Below are positions 41,551 to 53,454 of a DNA stretch of 64,000 bases, piece after piece. This stretch comes from Camelus ferus. Lineage: Eukaryota. The notes beneath the pieces are model-generated. The model ran no database searches. It saw nothing but the letters and a program-made list of their open reading frames with translations, and was not told where the DNA came from. How positions within the stretch are numbered: position 1 is the stretch's first letter; each line of letters begins with the position of its first letter. The stretch is from the NCBI RefSeq assembly GCF_009834535.1, contig NC_045697.1:50594001-50658000 (forward strand), written 5' to 3'. The position numbers were made by a program, and so were the translations under genes.

Positions 41551-43329
41551 ATTAGTCTTAAAATCAGGAAGTATTAACCTTTCAACACTGTTACTAATTT
41601 TCAAAGCTGTTTTAACTATTCTAGGTACTTTGAATTTCCATATGAATTTAGCAATCAGTTTTGTCAACTGCTACAAAAAACAATGCTGAGATTTTCATTG
41701 AGACTGTCTTGAATCTACAAATTAATTTGAAGATAACTGACATCCTAACACTAGTTAGTCTTTCAATCCATGAATACAATATATTTATTTACTTAGGTCT
41801 TCTTTAATTTCTCTCAGGAATGTTCTGTAGTTTTTAATGTACAAATTTTTCACATCTTTTGTCAAATTTATGCCTAAAGATATTATATTTTCGATGCAAC
41901 TTAAATGTCTTTATTCACTTCAATATCTGATATCTGATGCTAACACACAGAATGGCAAGTGATATTTGCATATTAATCTTGTATCTTCTAACCTTGTTAA
42001 ACTCATTAGTATTAATAGCCTTTCTTTTCCCCTAGGTTCCACTGGATTTTCTACATAGATGATCATGTTATCTGCTTTTAATTTTCTTTTTCTTGCCTTG
42101 CCTTATGTGTTGGTTAGAATCTCCAATACAATGTTGAATAGACATGGTTAAGAATGGACATTCTTAATTTCTTCCTGATCATATGAGGAAAATATTGTCT
42201 TTCATAATCAACTATGATGTTAGCTGCAAATTTTTCTTATCTTTGATTATGTTTTGTTACTAGTTTTTAGACAGCTTTTTATCAGGAATCAATTATGAAT
42301 TTTATCAAATAATTTATCTCTAGCTATTGAGATAATCACATGACTTTTCATTTTAATTGGTTAATGTGGTGAAATACATTGTTGGACTTTCCAATGTTAA
42401 ACCAATGTTGCATTCCTGGAATAAAAGTCTTGATAGATTTTGGTCATGATGAACAATCCCTTTTATATATTGTTGAATTTTATTTCTCAAATTTTGTTAG
42501 TATCTTTCGCATTTATGTTCATGAAGGATATTAGTTTGTAGTTTTCCTTTCTTTTATTTATTTGCTTATTTTTGGGTATTGGTAATTTTAGAATATAAAC
42601 CACACATTAAATTGTTTTTCTTTGGGGTTTAATACCAATTACATCCTAAAATTATCTTACTAATAAGAAAAATATCATATATATTTACTCACATAGCTAT
42701 CATTTCTAGTGCTCTTCATTCCTTTGTGTAGAAACATATTTTCATCTGGTATCATTTTTTTCTGCCTGAAGGACTTCCTTTAATATTTTTTTATAGTGTA
42801 GGTTTGCTGGTGATTGTTTCCCTAGCTCTGTCTGGATTCTATTCTCCCTAAATATCTAAAATAATATTTTATTTGTCTTTGTTTTTAAAGATATTTTCAC
42901 TGAGTATAGAAGTCATTGTTATAGTTTTTTTTCTCTCAGTACTTTAAAGATCAAGATGCTCCATTGTCTTCTTACTTACATTGTTTCTGATGAGAAATCT
43001 GCTATTTCTTTCTTTTTATCCTCTGTATGTAATGTGACTTCTCCCCACTTGATGCTTTCAGTATTTTTTCTCTGCATTACACTGGTTTTGAATAATTTGA
43101 TTATGGTGTTTTTACTGGTATAGTTTTCTTCATATTTCATGGGCAGGGAGTTTGTTGAGCTTGTAGATCTGCGGGTTTATAGTTTTCATCACATTTGTGA
43201 ATTTTAATCTGAAATCCCAATCACTTGTGAAAGGATACTTATTTCTTACTCATGTAACCTCTGTTAAGATTCCCACTTCCCTCCTTCTTGTAATTGACAA
43301 TCATCTATAATACATACCTTCCAGGATTA

Positions 43330-43520
43330 GTGCAACAAAAAGAGAAGTAGGGGTGGATGCTACGTAGCTTTTAACCATCTCAGTTCAGAATGGCTCAAAA
43401 AAAGTCACTTCTCCTCACAGTCCAGGAGCCAGAAGTCACATGGCCCCAGCCTAATTGCTAAGAGAAGCTGGGAAATGTAAGGGGATATGTGGATGTTTCG
43501 AAGAACTTTGTTTGCTGCAC
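43330..43520. mobile_element. MLT1 (MLT1J-like) fragment
   Basis: gccagaagtcacatggccccagcctaattgctaagagaagctgggaaatgta. Confidence 0.65.
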
Positions 43521-45263
43521 AAAAAAGCAGATCTAAAGCAGGGATTGACAGAACTGAAACAATTTCGGAGGGTGTGGCTAAAAAAGGCTCTCTGAGGCAG
43601 TGGCATTTAAGCCAAGACCTAAAGGTGGGAAAGAAGTCAGCACTGGTATGTTTAAAAGATAACCAATGTAGTTAAGAGGCCAGAGGCTAAAGCCCTATTC
43701 AAGTAATAAAATGTTATCCTACCGTGTTCTCTGTATAATAAATACTTAGGGCTACAGAAAGCTTTCTAGGGTCTGGGGTGTAAGATCCTCGCCAAATCTT
43801 GACCAGTGACAGAACTTACATACTACTCTCTTAGATGTAGAAGAATATGTAGAAGGATGAAACTTTAACGGAGGGGGAAACAAAAGCAGTGACTGTAAAA
43901 CTACAGGGTTCATTCATTCCAGCAATAACATTCACTAGGAATCTACCAGGATGCAGGGTGGAATTCAGGAATAAAACGTTGACTGCAATCCCCCCCTGAT
44001 ATGGTGAAACTAATAGTCTAGTGGAAGAAACACATTACTAAAAAGTAATGAAATATTCTATGTGGAATTGTTCTGTGCACTCAGTCACAGAACTGGGGTT
44101 CCTCCCTAGAGAAAGGAGTAAAAATGCTATAACAAAGGTCAAGTCTAATTTAGAAACTATTTAGAAATAAACAGGAAAAAAAGCTCTACTAAAATGGAGT
44201 CTAGGGTGATGAAAATTTTCTACTCTGTTGAAAAACATTATACATAGAGTAGTAAGTATTCTGCATACACAAATTTCATAATCTCTCAAGAAAAGCAATC
44301 AAGACAAGGCCCTTTTATCCCCTCCAAATGAAGAATCAGGTTTTAGACAAATGCACATATCTGCATGCCCTAATTAGGTCAATACCCACATTTTTATGCC
44401 TACTAATTACTAGAAAATATTATCTTTGTTAAATCTACACTGTGAATTCTAACTCTTCTTACTCACCGTATCTGTATTTAATCCTTTAATCCTATATTTC
44501 ATTCTAGTTTCTCTGATCAATCCTCTTACATAAATTGGAAGATTTAATCCTCAAAAGTTTCAAACTAACTGAAGGGAAACATTTGAAAAACAATTTTAGA
44601 AAAAGATAGATAAGCTAGATTAAGTTTTCCCATTCGACCTAATAAATTTTGTTCCCAGAGATAGAGGAGAAGTAGATTTCTTAGAAAGCAAGAAAATAAA
44701 AAGGGGTGGGTAAGCATCTCTTGGTGCTTGACTTGCAGTCTCAGCTGTAGGACTGTGATGAAGACTGAAAGAACACCAGAATTGGTTCTCCTGGCACTGC
44801 TCTGCTACCCGCTACTGCCGTGACGTTACACAAGTTTCTCAGCTCACTTAGTTTCCTTGACTATAAACCATGGATTTAAAAAAAAGTACCTACCACTGAG
44901 GGTTGCTCTGAGTGTTAATTACTTACTGAATATTGCTGGCAGTCATAAATGGTAATAGCTGTCAAGGAACAGTAGTCGTAAAACACCGCATCCAAATTGA
45001 ATTGACTGATAATTGTTTTCTAGGCTTACATCTGAATGCTTTCATATAATTCATATAATTTGAACCCTTTTAAACCAAATTCACCCCGTGCCAAATCCCG
45101 CACTATGACAAATATTTATAGCAAATTTTCAGTGTGTTTCAAGCTTGTGGATATTATAATTCCCCTTTTGTTACTTTGGTCTGAAAAGAATGTCACTGGT
45201 CCCCAACTTTTAAAGACCATCATTCCCACTTTACTTTTCACAGTACGTACTGATACAGATACT

Positions 45264-45739
45264 TGTGGGAAGGGAATGTTGCCTAGCATTTTAGCAAAAT
45301 AAAGTTGCTGCCCACCATCAAGCCAGCAGCCACTGCTGCTGCCCCACCCCCTGCCTGACAGTGTGCCCTGAGGAGAATTCAGGATGGAGAAAAACAGGAA
45401 ACACTCTGTGTCCCGGGTACTGATGCTAGATAGTTAAGATGCATAGCTAAGGAATAATTTCAGTGAGCCCAGACTCTTGCATCTTCCCATAGAAAACCAC
45501 TAAAGTCATTCACTTGCGATGTCTGGTTTTTGTGATTAGCAGTAAGCTTTTGATATTCAACTACATGTTTCCCACCCCCCTCCCCCAGCAAAAACTCCTA
45601 GATATCCTAGCTTCTTCCGTACCTCTTCTGAGCAGCTTCTCAGAGCTAAGAGTCTGTCTCCCAGGCAGTAGTCCTCAGAATGTTCCCAAATAAAACTTAA
45701 CTCTCAACTTTTACGTTGTGTATTTTTCTTTGGTTGACA
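45264..45739 (+). mobile_element. ERV1-class solo LTR (476 bp)
   Basis: TG...CA ends and 4-bp TSD TACT. The 3' end reads aataaaacttaactctcaactttt...ggttgaca. Confidence 0.9.
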
Positions 45740-46455
45740 TACTCTACAAATTATATTACTCTTAATATAATATCAGTTTAATAGATATAACTCAATAAAA
45801 GCTAAAAGCAAATAATGCCTAATTAGGAGAAAAAATATATATATAATGTGAATAGCAGACATCATTCTGGCCTTGACATGATGACGACTTACTGATACTG
45901 ACAGAATCTGTGCTCAGTCGTGCAGGAGTAGGGAAGCAACCTCATATGACTGCTCTATTTCTCCCTCTTTGTAGGATCAGCTACAGGACAGACAGGCCAT
46001 ACGACTGTGGACGCACAGTTGCACCCTCAGTACTTCCAGTCCTGACCAGAGTCACACAGCTCCTGAGCATAAACATGGGTGTAAGCCTGTGACAGACTCA
46101 TTATCACCAAATGGAGAACAGAATTCTCTCTCATTTCTTTGCTTTGTATCCAAATGAGATGCATGGAAACTGCTTGTATGCTCTCTTTAATCCTTATGCA
46201 AGCTAGTCCTCCAACATCAGGTTTCTAATTCTAATTTACAATTTCTTTTGCTTAAGATATTGTCCTAATTGTAAAAAATAATCTCCGATTTATATCACGA
46301 AATAATGTGGAATCCAGATGTTAACCGAATGACAAAAAATTAGAGGTAAAATCGACTAGAATCATTTCATTTGTTCATTTGCTCATCATTTCGTTGTAAC
46401 AATCTTAGAAGACACGTACAGGAGAGGCTATTTCAACCACTTGCACATAGCCAAC

Positions 46456-47013
46456 TGTTGGGGCTCAGGGTAGGCCACCCAAAAATATGCCTCAATGGCA
46501 CATTAATTATTTTGAATTTGTTACTTAAGAAAGAGCCGTTGTAAGAGGGGACACTCTGACCCTCCTCTGTCCCCTTGAAAGGAGAAAATAAATCTCACAT
46601 GAAAGGCACACTCCCTGCATCTGGGGGTAGGACACCCTTGTTGCCAGAGACAGGGAATTCAGGGCAAGAATCCTATGTAAATAAAGCTCGCGACGCCTTT
46701 AACTTACCACCTCAAGCCCAAATTCTGTTTAGTAGATGTCTTAGAAAGCTTTTAGATTTAGATTTTTCATGAATTAAGCACCCAAGGCCTAATTTTCTTT
46801 GTCCTGTCAATTCCTCACAAATGTATTATTTGTCTAAAAAGTATAAAAGCTGCCTGCTTTGGCCACTTCCTAGGTCACATGTCTGTGGGACCTCCATGTG
46901 CATAAATTAAAATTTCTTAAAAGTTTATTTATCTCCTGTTTATTTGTGTTGTGTATTAGTCCAGCCACAAGAACTCAAGAGAAGAAGAGGGGAGAATTTC
47001 CCCCTCCCCAGCA
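46456..47013 (+). mobile_element. ERV1 solo LTR (MER34/MER39-like)
   Basis: tgttggggctcagggtaggccacccaaaaatatgcc...ccccagca. TSD CAAC/CAAT; TATAAAA box. Confidence 0.88.
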
Positions 47014-47476
47014 CAATCTACCAAAATGACTAATGAGTTCCATGTCTTCTTAAAATATGCAGGTTGATGCCCGGGGCTTGCTGAAAGAATATCAGAAAGT
47101 AGTTAATAAGCTACTCCTGCTCCTACCAGTTGAATTTCATGATAATCAAGAGACAATTGTGTGTATTTCTCATCTGTTTTTGCCAGTTCTTTCACAGTAA
47201 ATTATGAAATTTAATTTAAAACAGTATAAACAAACAATTATTTCTATGAAGACTAATTTGAATATTCTTGAAACACTCTTGAGAACTAAAAAGAATTAAT
47301 AATGACTTAGATAAAAGCAAGACAGCTATTAAGATTGGGAGACATTTTAAAAATACAGATGTATTTTAGATATTTTTACCTCAAACTGAAAATTATAGGC
47401 AATGAATCATAGGTGTTATTAATGCCAAAAGATAGTGCAAAATTCCTAACAGTAGTTTCCAAAGAGTCTTGGACCT

Positions 47477-48024
47477 TGTAGGGAAGCACAGTTTGCCACC
47501 CCACAATGTCTCTTTGGCATGAGGATAATTTTAGGCTGATTATTTTTAAGAAACAGAAGACTCAGTAAGTCTGTCTTTTTGCCTCCCCTTTGGCTGCCTA
47601 AAGAATCTAGATAAAGGACCTGTTCCCAGAATAGAGCTACCACCAGAGATAACTGCAAAGAAAATGGGCCGGGGTGGTGGGGAAAACTCAGCAGGGTCTG
47701 AAGATCAGAGTCCATTTTGTGTCCATTGTCCTTACGTGGCCCAGCAAACATTTGTTTTTGCATCTGCAGGTGAACTGCCTTCCTCCCCTTTAAGGTCCCA
47801 AAGCACTACCACCAATGCCTTCTTTTCTCTTAGCTGAAGATGGTATTTAAGGTGAGGGCTTCAGCCATTTCAGCAAGTTACTCAGTTTTCCTGGGTCTCT
47901 CCCATGTACACATGTTATTAACTTTTGTTTCTTTTCCTCATGTTAATCTGTCTCATATCTATTTAACTCTTAGATCAGCCAGAAGAAACTAGAAGGGAAG
48001 AGGAAAATTTCTTCCTTCCCGACA
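47477..48024 (+). mobile_element. ERV1 solo LTR (MER34-like)
   Basis: tgtagggaagcacagtttgccaccccac...ttcccgaca with a perfect TSD ACCT. Confidence 0.9.
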
Positions 48025-48334
48025 ACCTACATCAAAAGATTGGTGAATTAATATTTAAATGTTTTATGTTATAATGCTATGTTTAAGATAAAATGCCTTG
48101 TTTTATGATTTCCTACTTTATCCAACTTTTTCTATTAACCAAATTACATATCCCAGTGTAATGTAGGTGAATAGGTTAAGTAATACAGAAGAGTCCCCTC
48201 ATCTGTAAGATGAAGAAGATAATTCCTACACATAAGGCTAGGCTGTTTTGAGGATTCAATAAAATTATCCATATAAAAGAACACCTGCCACGTAGTAGCA
48301 CCTGTTACTCACCAGCTAACACTGACATGCGGTG

Positions 48335-48575
48335 AGAGTGGTAACATAATGGTAATGGAATGAGGGGCCAGTCTGCCTGGACTCACATTCCAGCTCCATT
48401 ACCAGCTCTGTGAGCTTAGGGGCAGTTATCTAACCTCTCTGTGCCCCAAATCCCTCATCAGTAAAATGCATATAATAATAGCTCCACCTCCATAGGGTTA
48501 TTATGAGGATTCAATGAATCAATAATGTAAAGTGCCTGAGACATAAATGCCTGACATAGTAAATTTTGGTTATTT
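48335..48575 (+). mobile_element. MIR SINE
   Basis: cagctccattaccagctctgtgagcttaggggcagttatctaacctctctgtgcc...catagggttattatgaggattcaatga. Confidence 0.88.
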
Positions 48576-48717
48576 TGTATATTATTGGCTTTTCAACTAG
48601 ATATAAAATTGTCGTTTCTCAGAGAATCCAGATATTTTTTTATCACCATGTCCCTTTAGCTCTATGCTTCTCACTCTCAAACACAAGACTTGAGAAATTT
48701 CAGTACAGAGAGATCAA

Positions 48718-48736
48718 CAGTGCCATCTAGTGGCAA
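48718..48736 (-). promoter_or_regulatory. Candidate CTCF site
   Basis: The minus strand reads TTGCCACTAGATGGCACTG, close to the CTCF core CCAcYAGrkGGCrc, in apparently unique sequence. Confidence 0.6.
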
Positions 48737-48942
48737 ATTGCTAATAAATTCAACAAAGAATATTGCCCATAAAGGGGTAAAATTTCTTACAGATATGAAT
48801 TTAATTTTTAATTTCCAAATATTTGGAAAATTTTTACATGTTTACATGTTTTTATAACTATCTGAATGTATTTCAAATACAAGTGAAGGAAATTTAAAAA
48901 CTGCAAACCACAAGAAGAAGATTGTGAGACAAATACAGTACC

Positions 48943-48962
48943 AAAAAAAAAAAAAAAAAAAA
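48943..48962. repeat. Poly(A) tract (20)
   Basis: Run of A. Confidence 0.9.
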
Positions 48963-49474
48963 GATCTTGTTTTGCATGAGCCAAAAACTGGGCTTAAACC
49001 CAAATGCCAAAATTTTTGGGACAGATCTGTGATGTTAATTAAACTCCTGATATTTTCTAGACCTTAACTTCCTATGATATGAAATGAGTGTGCTGTACAT
49101 GTTGAATGCCTTTTATAGTTGTAAAAGTAAGTGATAAATCACCATGCTAATTTTAACATGATGAGTCTATAGTATTATCTGTCAGAAGCATTTTTCTTGG
49201 GGGGAACCTTGATAACTTCTAAGATCCTTTCCAATTTTTTAATTTTTTTAAATCCCGCCATATCAAAAGAAAATAATTAAAAATGTGAGTTTTTGTTGTA
49301 ATTTAAATAGCACAAATGTTATACACTGAGACAGTAAGTTATATTATTGCATAAATTAAAATATTAATACCATACAAAGATCCTAAGTAATATCATACAG
49401 CTCTACTTTCTGCAAGTCAAACTTACACAAGAATTCAAAACTGCACCAAACTACCCTAATCCATAATATTCAAG

Positions 49475-50619
49475 CAATCCTTGCTTTGCTCATTGAATAT
49501 GCACGAATTTCAGAGCCACAATTCAGTCAAGCACCACCAGTCTTCCAGCAACACAGTTTGAATTTCAGTTATCATGGCATATTAACTGTGAGTGATTATA
49601 TAAGCGCTGCCAGCTCTTTGGTCCACAAATCACTATGTAAGTAACAGATGCGCATCATGATCAGTGACTAACATGTCACTTCTTTCAGAGTCTGTCGGTG
49701 ATTGATCACGGCACATCTGTTATTCAGTTCAAACACAGACAGTAAATCATACTGCCTCCTTGTCTCCCAGTGATAAACTCACATGACATTTCACAGAAGC
49801 GGATAATCAGAAGAGGGAATGAGCCTGCAAAGATGAAGTGCAATGAAGAAATAAAAGGCGATGTGAACAGAAGAACTGATGGTGGCACAGCAAAGACAGA
49901 AGAGACCTAGGCCAGCATAAAGGTAAGAACCATGAACGTAAAAAACAAGATAAACCTGCTTCAGTAGATTTCTACCTGAATGTAAACGGGCTGTACAAGA
50001 AGTAGGCCATGACCCCAGAATGCTGACACTGCACCCTTTGAAGCCACGTAGCTACGCAGCCACAGGAACGTAATGAGGACAAACAGATCCAAATAAATGA
50101 GGAATGTGCTTGTGACAAAAAGGACAACAACACCCCAGAGAAAGTGACACCAGAATAAAACCTCACATTAAAGAAACTCTCAGAGACAGTTCATGACTTC
50201 AAAAGTACAAAGGACAAAACAGAAGCTGATCCAAACTTGGAAAGGAATATGACAGTTCAACTCACCAAGGCACAGAAAAGATGCTTAGAAAAGAGCAAGC
50301 GTTCCACATGAAGAGTTATAGGATGAGAGGAAGGAAGGTCAAACTCCTCTTGACAAGACTTTGCCGATGAAATAAGACACTTTAATTCTCAATGTTTCTA
50401 ATGTTTTAAATCATAGTGTACTTAATATTAGTTTTACTATTTTTTCATGTCCTTATACATTTGCAAACCACAGTAAGAGAGTTTTTGATGTTTTGAGAAA
50501 AATTTTAAAGGTCACAGAACAATAGCTATTTTCCCACTGATTTATTTAGATCGCTTTGACCAGCTGCAGCAGACATAGTCATTTCTATGTTCTTGCACTG
50601 CTGTGCAAAGCCAGAACTG
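49475..50619. mobile_element. Tigger DNA transposon (Tigger13a-like)
   Basis: TIR-like caatccttgctttgc ... gtgcaaagccagaactg; internal aattctcaatgtttctaatgttttaaat and acagtaagagagtttttgatgtttt. Confidence 0.75.
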
Positions 50620-50826
50620 CACGTGTTGCCAAAGCCTACATTTTTCTTTCACAATTTTCAGTCATTGTAAATGTAAGTCTTTCAGAAATTGTCACCTATT
50701 ATATGCTAATACAAGAGCTAGTCCCCTTCTGAACATATTTTATAAATTACTTGAGGTGTCAGGATATAATGTTGAAAGGTGTCCTTGCTCCTAACCGAAC
50801 CAGACACGTAGAAGAGCATTATGTAC

Positions 50827-50949
50827 CTGGCAGTGGCAACTGAACTAATATACCACTGACTCTTGGGTCCATGTTCAACTGATCAGTTATGTCCAAAAGT
50901 TCTTCCTGAGAAACGTCCTTAGGTTTTAGAATGATCTCACTACAGATAC
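50827..50949 (-). CDS. MTHFD2L: MTHFD2L coding exon 3 (123 bp, phase 1-1)
   Basis: Acceptor ttttcttccag and donor G|gtacat. Translates (G)[40 protein letters not shown](D), with the family GILVQLPLP motif. Confidence 0.97.
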
Positions 50950-51577
50950 CTGGAAGAAAAACAAGTACAGAAAGTCACTCGACTAACAAAGATGTGTTTT
51001 TCCATTAGTGATGTTTTACAGCGTGTAATTGGCTCCCTCTGCTCCCGTCCCATGGGAAGGAAAGGTCCTTCTACAAAAATGATGTCCGAAGCACCATCAG
51101 AAGGGATTTCTCAAATAGTGCAGATGTTTTCTCATGATTCACATGCATTCTTTAGTCCAGGACCCCATGTGGCAAATTGCGTTTATTGCCGATAAGCTAC
51201 TGTCAGTGGATTTAAAGAGAATAAAAACACCAATACTGCCACCGCCACTACCAAGCCAAGTTGGACACAGTGCACTGGCCAGGTTTACCATGAGATTAAA
51301 GCAAATGTGACAAAAACAGGCCCTTTAAATGTAAAGTGTTGCTCTCACATTTCATCATAGGATCTGAAATCACACTGAATTGATTCAATAAGAAAATCTG
51401 AAGAAAAAGAATAAGAAATGAAAATAAACTTTGGTAACTAAATAATCTCTAATAATAATAATAATACATGTTATTCGAATAGCACTGAGTTGACAATTTT
51501 CATTCATAATTATCACACTTTGAAGTGAAACCAGAAAACATTATTTAGGAAAAAGCACAACTAAAACGCACGCCCAC

Positions 51578-51762
51578 CTACAGCAGCGGCCGCTTTGACC
51601 TTCCTCCTGACGTAGGTGTGGCTGGCGGGGTCATCACCCACTAGAACGACGCTGAGGTGAGGCCTTCTGTTCCCAAAGGAAATCCAAGAGTCCACACCTT
51701 GCCGTATTTCTTTCTGGATTTGTTTGGCCATTTCAGTTCCTGAGATAATAACTGCATCATGT
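51578..51762 (-). CDS. MTHFD2L: MTHFD2L coding exon 2 (185 bp, phase 2-1)
   Basis: Acceptor tctctttgttttccacag and donor G|gtgggc. Translates (R)HDAVIISGTEMAKQIQKEIRQGVDSWISFGNRRPHLSVVLVGDDPASHTYVRRKVKAAAAV(G), matching the recalled MTHFD2L N-terminal domain including the YxxxK motif. Confidence 0.97.
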
Positions 51763-52752
51763 CTGTGGAAAACAAAGAGAGAAATGTAGTACTAAAAAGG
51801 CAATAAGGAACATTTGACCACATAAATTTAAGGTACAAGAGTGAACAAGACATCTTTGATTCCCCAAGTGAGCAACCGGAAATTGATTTTTTTCAAGTAT
51901 ATTCGACACATTCTTCAGGTTCAAAAATATATTATTAATTTTATGAAAGATTCCAACTAGGCTTTTTGGTTCTGCATTATAATCTATCTACAGTATACAT
52001 TTCTTCATGACTCTCACTTCATGATTTTTTTTTTAAATTATCAAACTACATACTCAAGATCTGGACTAAAATATTGACGCTACTGAAGCCTCTGTTATTT
52101 TTTCAGAAGAGGCAGAGCAGCACAGTCTAGTTAAAACCAGCACCCATCTTCAAAGCCCCAGGCCATGGGGTACAGATGCAGCACCGTAGTCTTTTGACCC
52201 AAAGGCAAAGTCAGTTCACTTCTAATAGTATACCCTGTACAAGACCCCACAGTCATGAGCTCTGTACTACACAACTCTTCTAACGTACTCAAGGGAAAAT
52301 GTTATTCCTCAGCTCCAGGACCACTGTGACAACAGCTGCCAGTCTTGCCATGCTCGTCATCGATCACAGTGGGGACCAGGCCAGTAAGCCCCACCCCCAC
52401 ACCATAGCATCACTTCTAATAGAAAAACTGTACAAAACTACCTGGCGGTTTATCAGTGCCTAAGGTGGTAAGAAACACTGTATGACAGATGACACATATC
52501 TATCTCTAGAAAGGCACAAAGAAATGCATTACAGGAAGACTTCCCTACTCTCCCTGACATCAGACTTGAAAGTAGTGAATTAATGTGGCTCCTACTGCAC
52601 GTTTCGTTTTTAAAGATACCTGATAAAGTAACAGATGGTCCCTTCTTCCTGCTGCCCCTGTCCTTTCACTGTTGAAAGGCCTGATGAAAGCATGAACTGT
52701 ATAGCACATGAGTATGACCCAAAATGCCAAATGCAGGTCAGTGAATATTGCG

Positions 52753-52810
52753 AAGAAGAGGAAAAGGAGGAAGAGGAGGAAGCAGAAGAAAAAGGGAGAA
52801 GAAGAAAAAC
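52753..52810. repeat. Purine-rich (GAA/GAG) low-complexity tract
   Basis: gaagaagaggaaaaggaggaagaggaggaagcagaagaaaaag. Confidence 0.8.
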
Positions 52811-53061
52811 CTTATGGCACCTTCATTTTTTCAAGTACCTGGACACTTTTTATTTTCTAACAAGATCAGGCATCATGAATACCAGCCAATACAGACATAA
52901 TGCAGATTTGCTGCCCCTCAGGGAAGTCAACTCCCCTCTCTAATAGGCTGGTGTACACATACGTAGACTCAGATCAATACTCCATTTCAGTCTGGCACCA
53001 GTGATCCACAGCGTTCATCCAGATTTACACAATTTTGTTGCAAACAGTGTTCTGCTAAGAA

Positions 53062-53248
53062 ATGATTCTGAAATGTGGTCTATGGATACATGTATCAAAA
53101 TTGCCTGGGAAGCTTACTGAACTTGCAGATTCCTAGACCCCACGATCACACCCATGATTCAGAATCCATGGAGGGGGCCTGGGAATCTGCACATCTAACA
53201 GGTTCCCACAGGTAATTCTTGTACATGACCATGTTTGAAAATCATTTC
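53062..53248. mobile_element. MER5A-like hAT-Charlie MITE
   Basis: tgcagattcctagacccc...gattcagaatc...ggggcctgggaatctgcacatctaacaggttccc...tttgaaaatcatt. Confidence 0.8.
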
Positions 53249-53454
53249 TTCAGTTCAACACAAAAGTATATTTTAATAATAATCGTAACTGTGGGTAAAC
53301 AATTTGAGCAAATAAAATGATTGGTTAGACATTACAATTATAAGTACACTCTACTTTTGATTTTAATTTTGTCTGCTTTTCACTGAAAATTTAATAGCTT
53401 TCAAGACATGAAAGGTCATTGTAAGTTCAGTGTACCAACCTTACTCCACTGTCC

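Larger units (their letters stand above)
38825..43205 (-). mobile_element. Mosaic of L1M fragments (3' UTR, ORF1 piece about 40020-40860, ORF2, ORF1 region)
   Basis: T-rich bias; aaagtgtacaatttgataag; ORF1-like RENRAEEIFEVIVAK; ccactctgtcttaattactgtagctttata. Confidence 0.85.

Noticed and set aside
46456..48024. Two related same-strand LTRs resembling a deleted provirus
   Set aside because: Each has its own TSD, they are clearly divergent, and the spacer shows no PBS, PPT or gag/pol.
51641..51853. Track ORFs overlapping real exons (also 27639-27857 and 28785-29102)
   Set aside because: These are off-frame or antisense readings of MTHFD2L exons.
52635..52943. 102-aa ORF with poly-Glu
   Set aside because: Produced by a GAA/GAG low-complexity tract; no homology or splice support.
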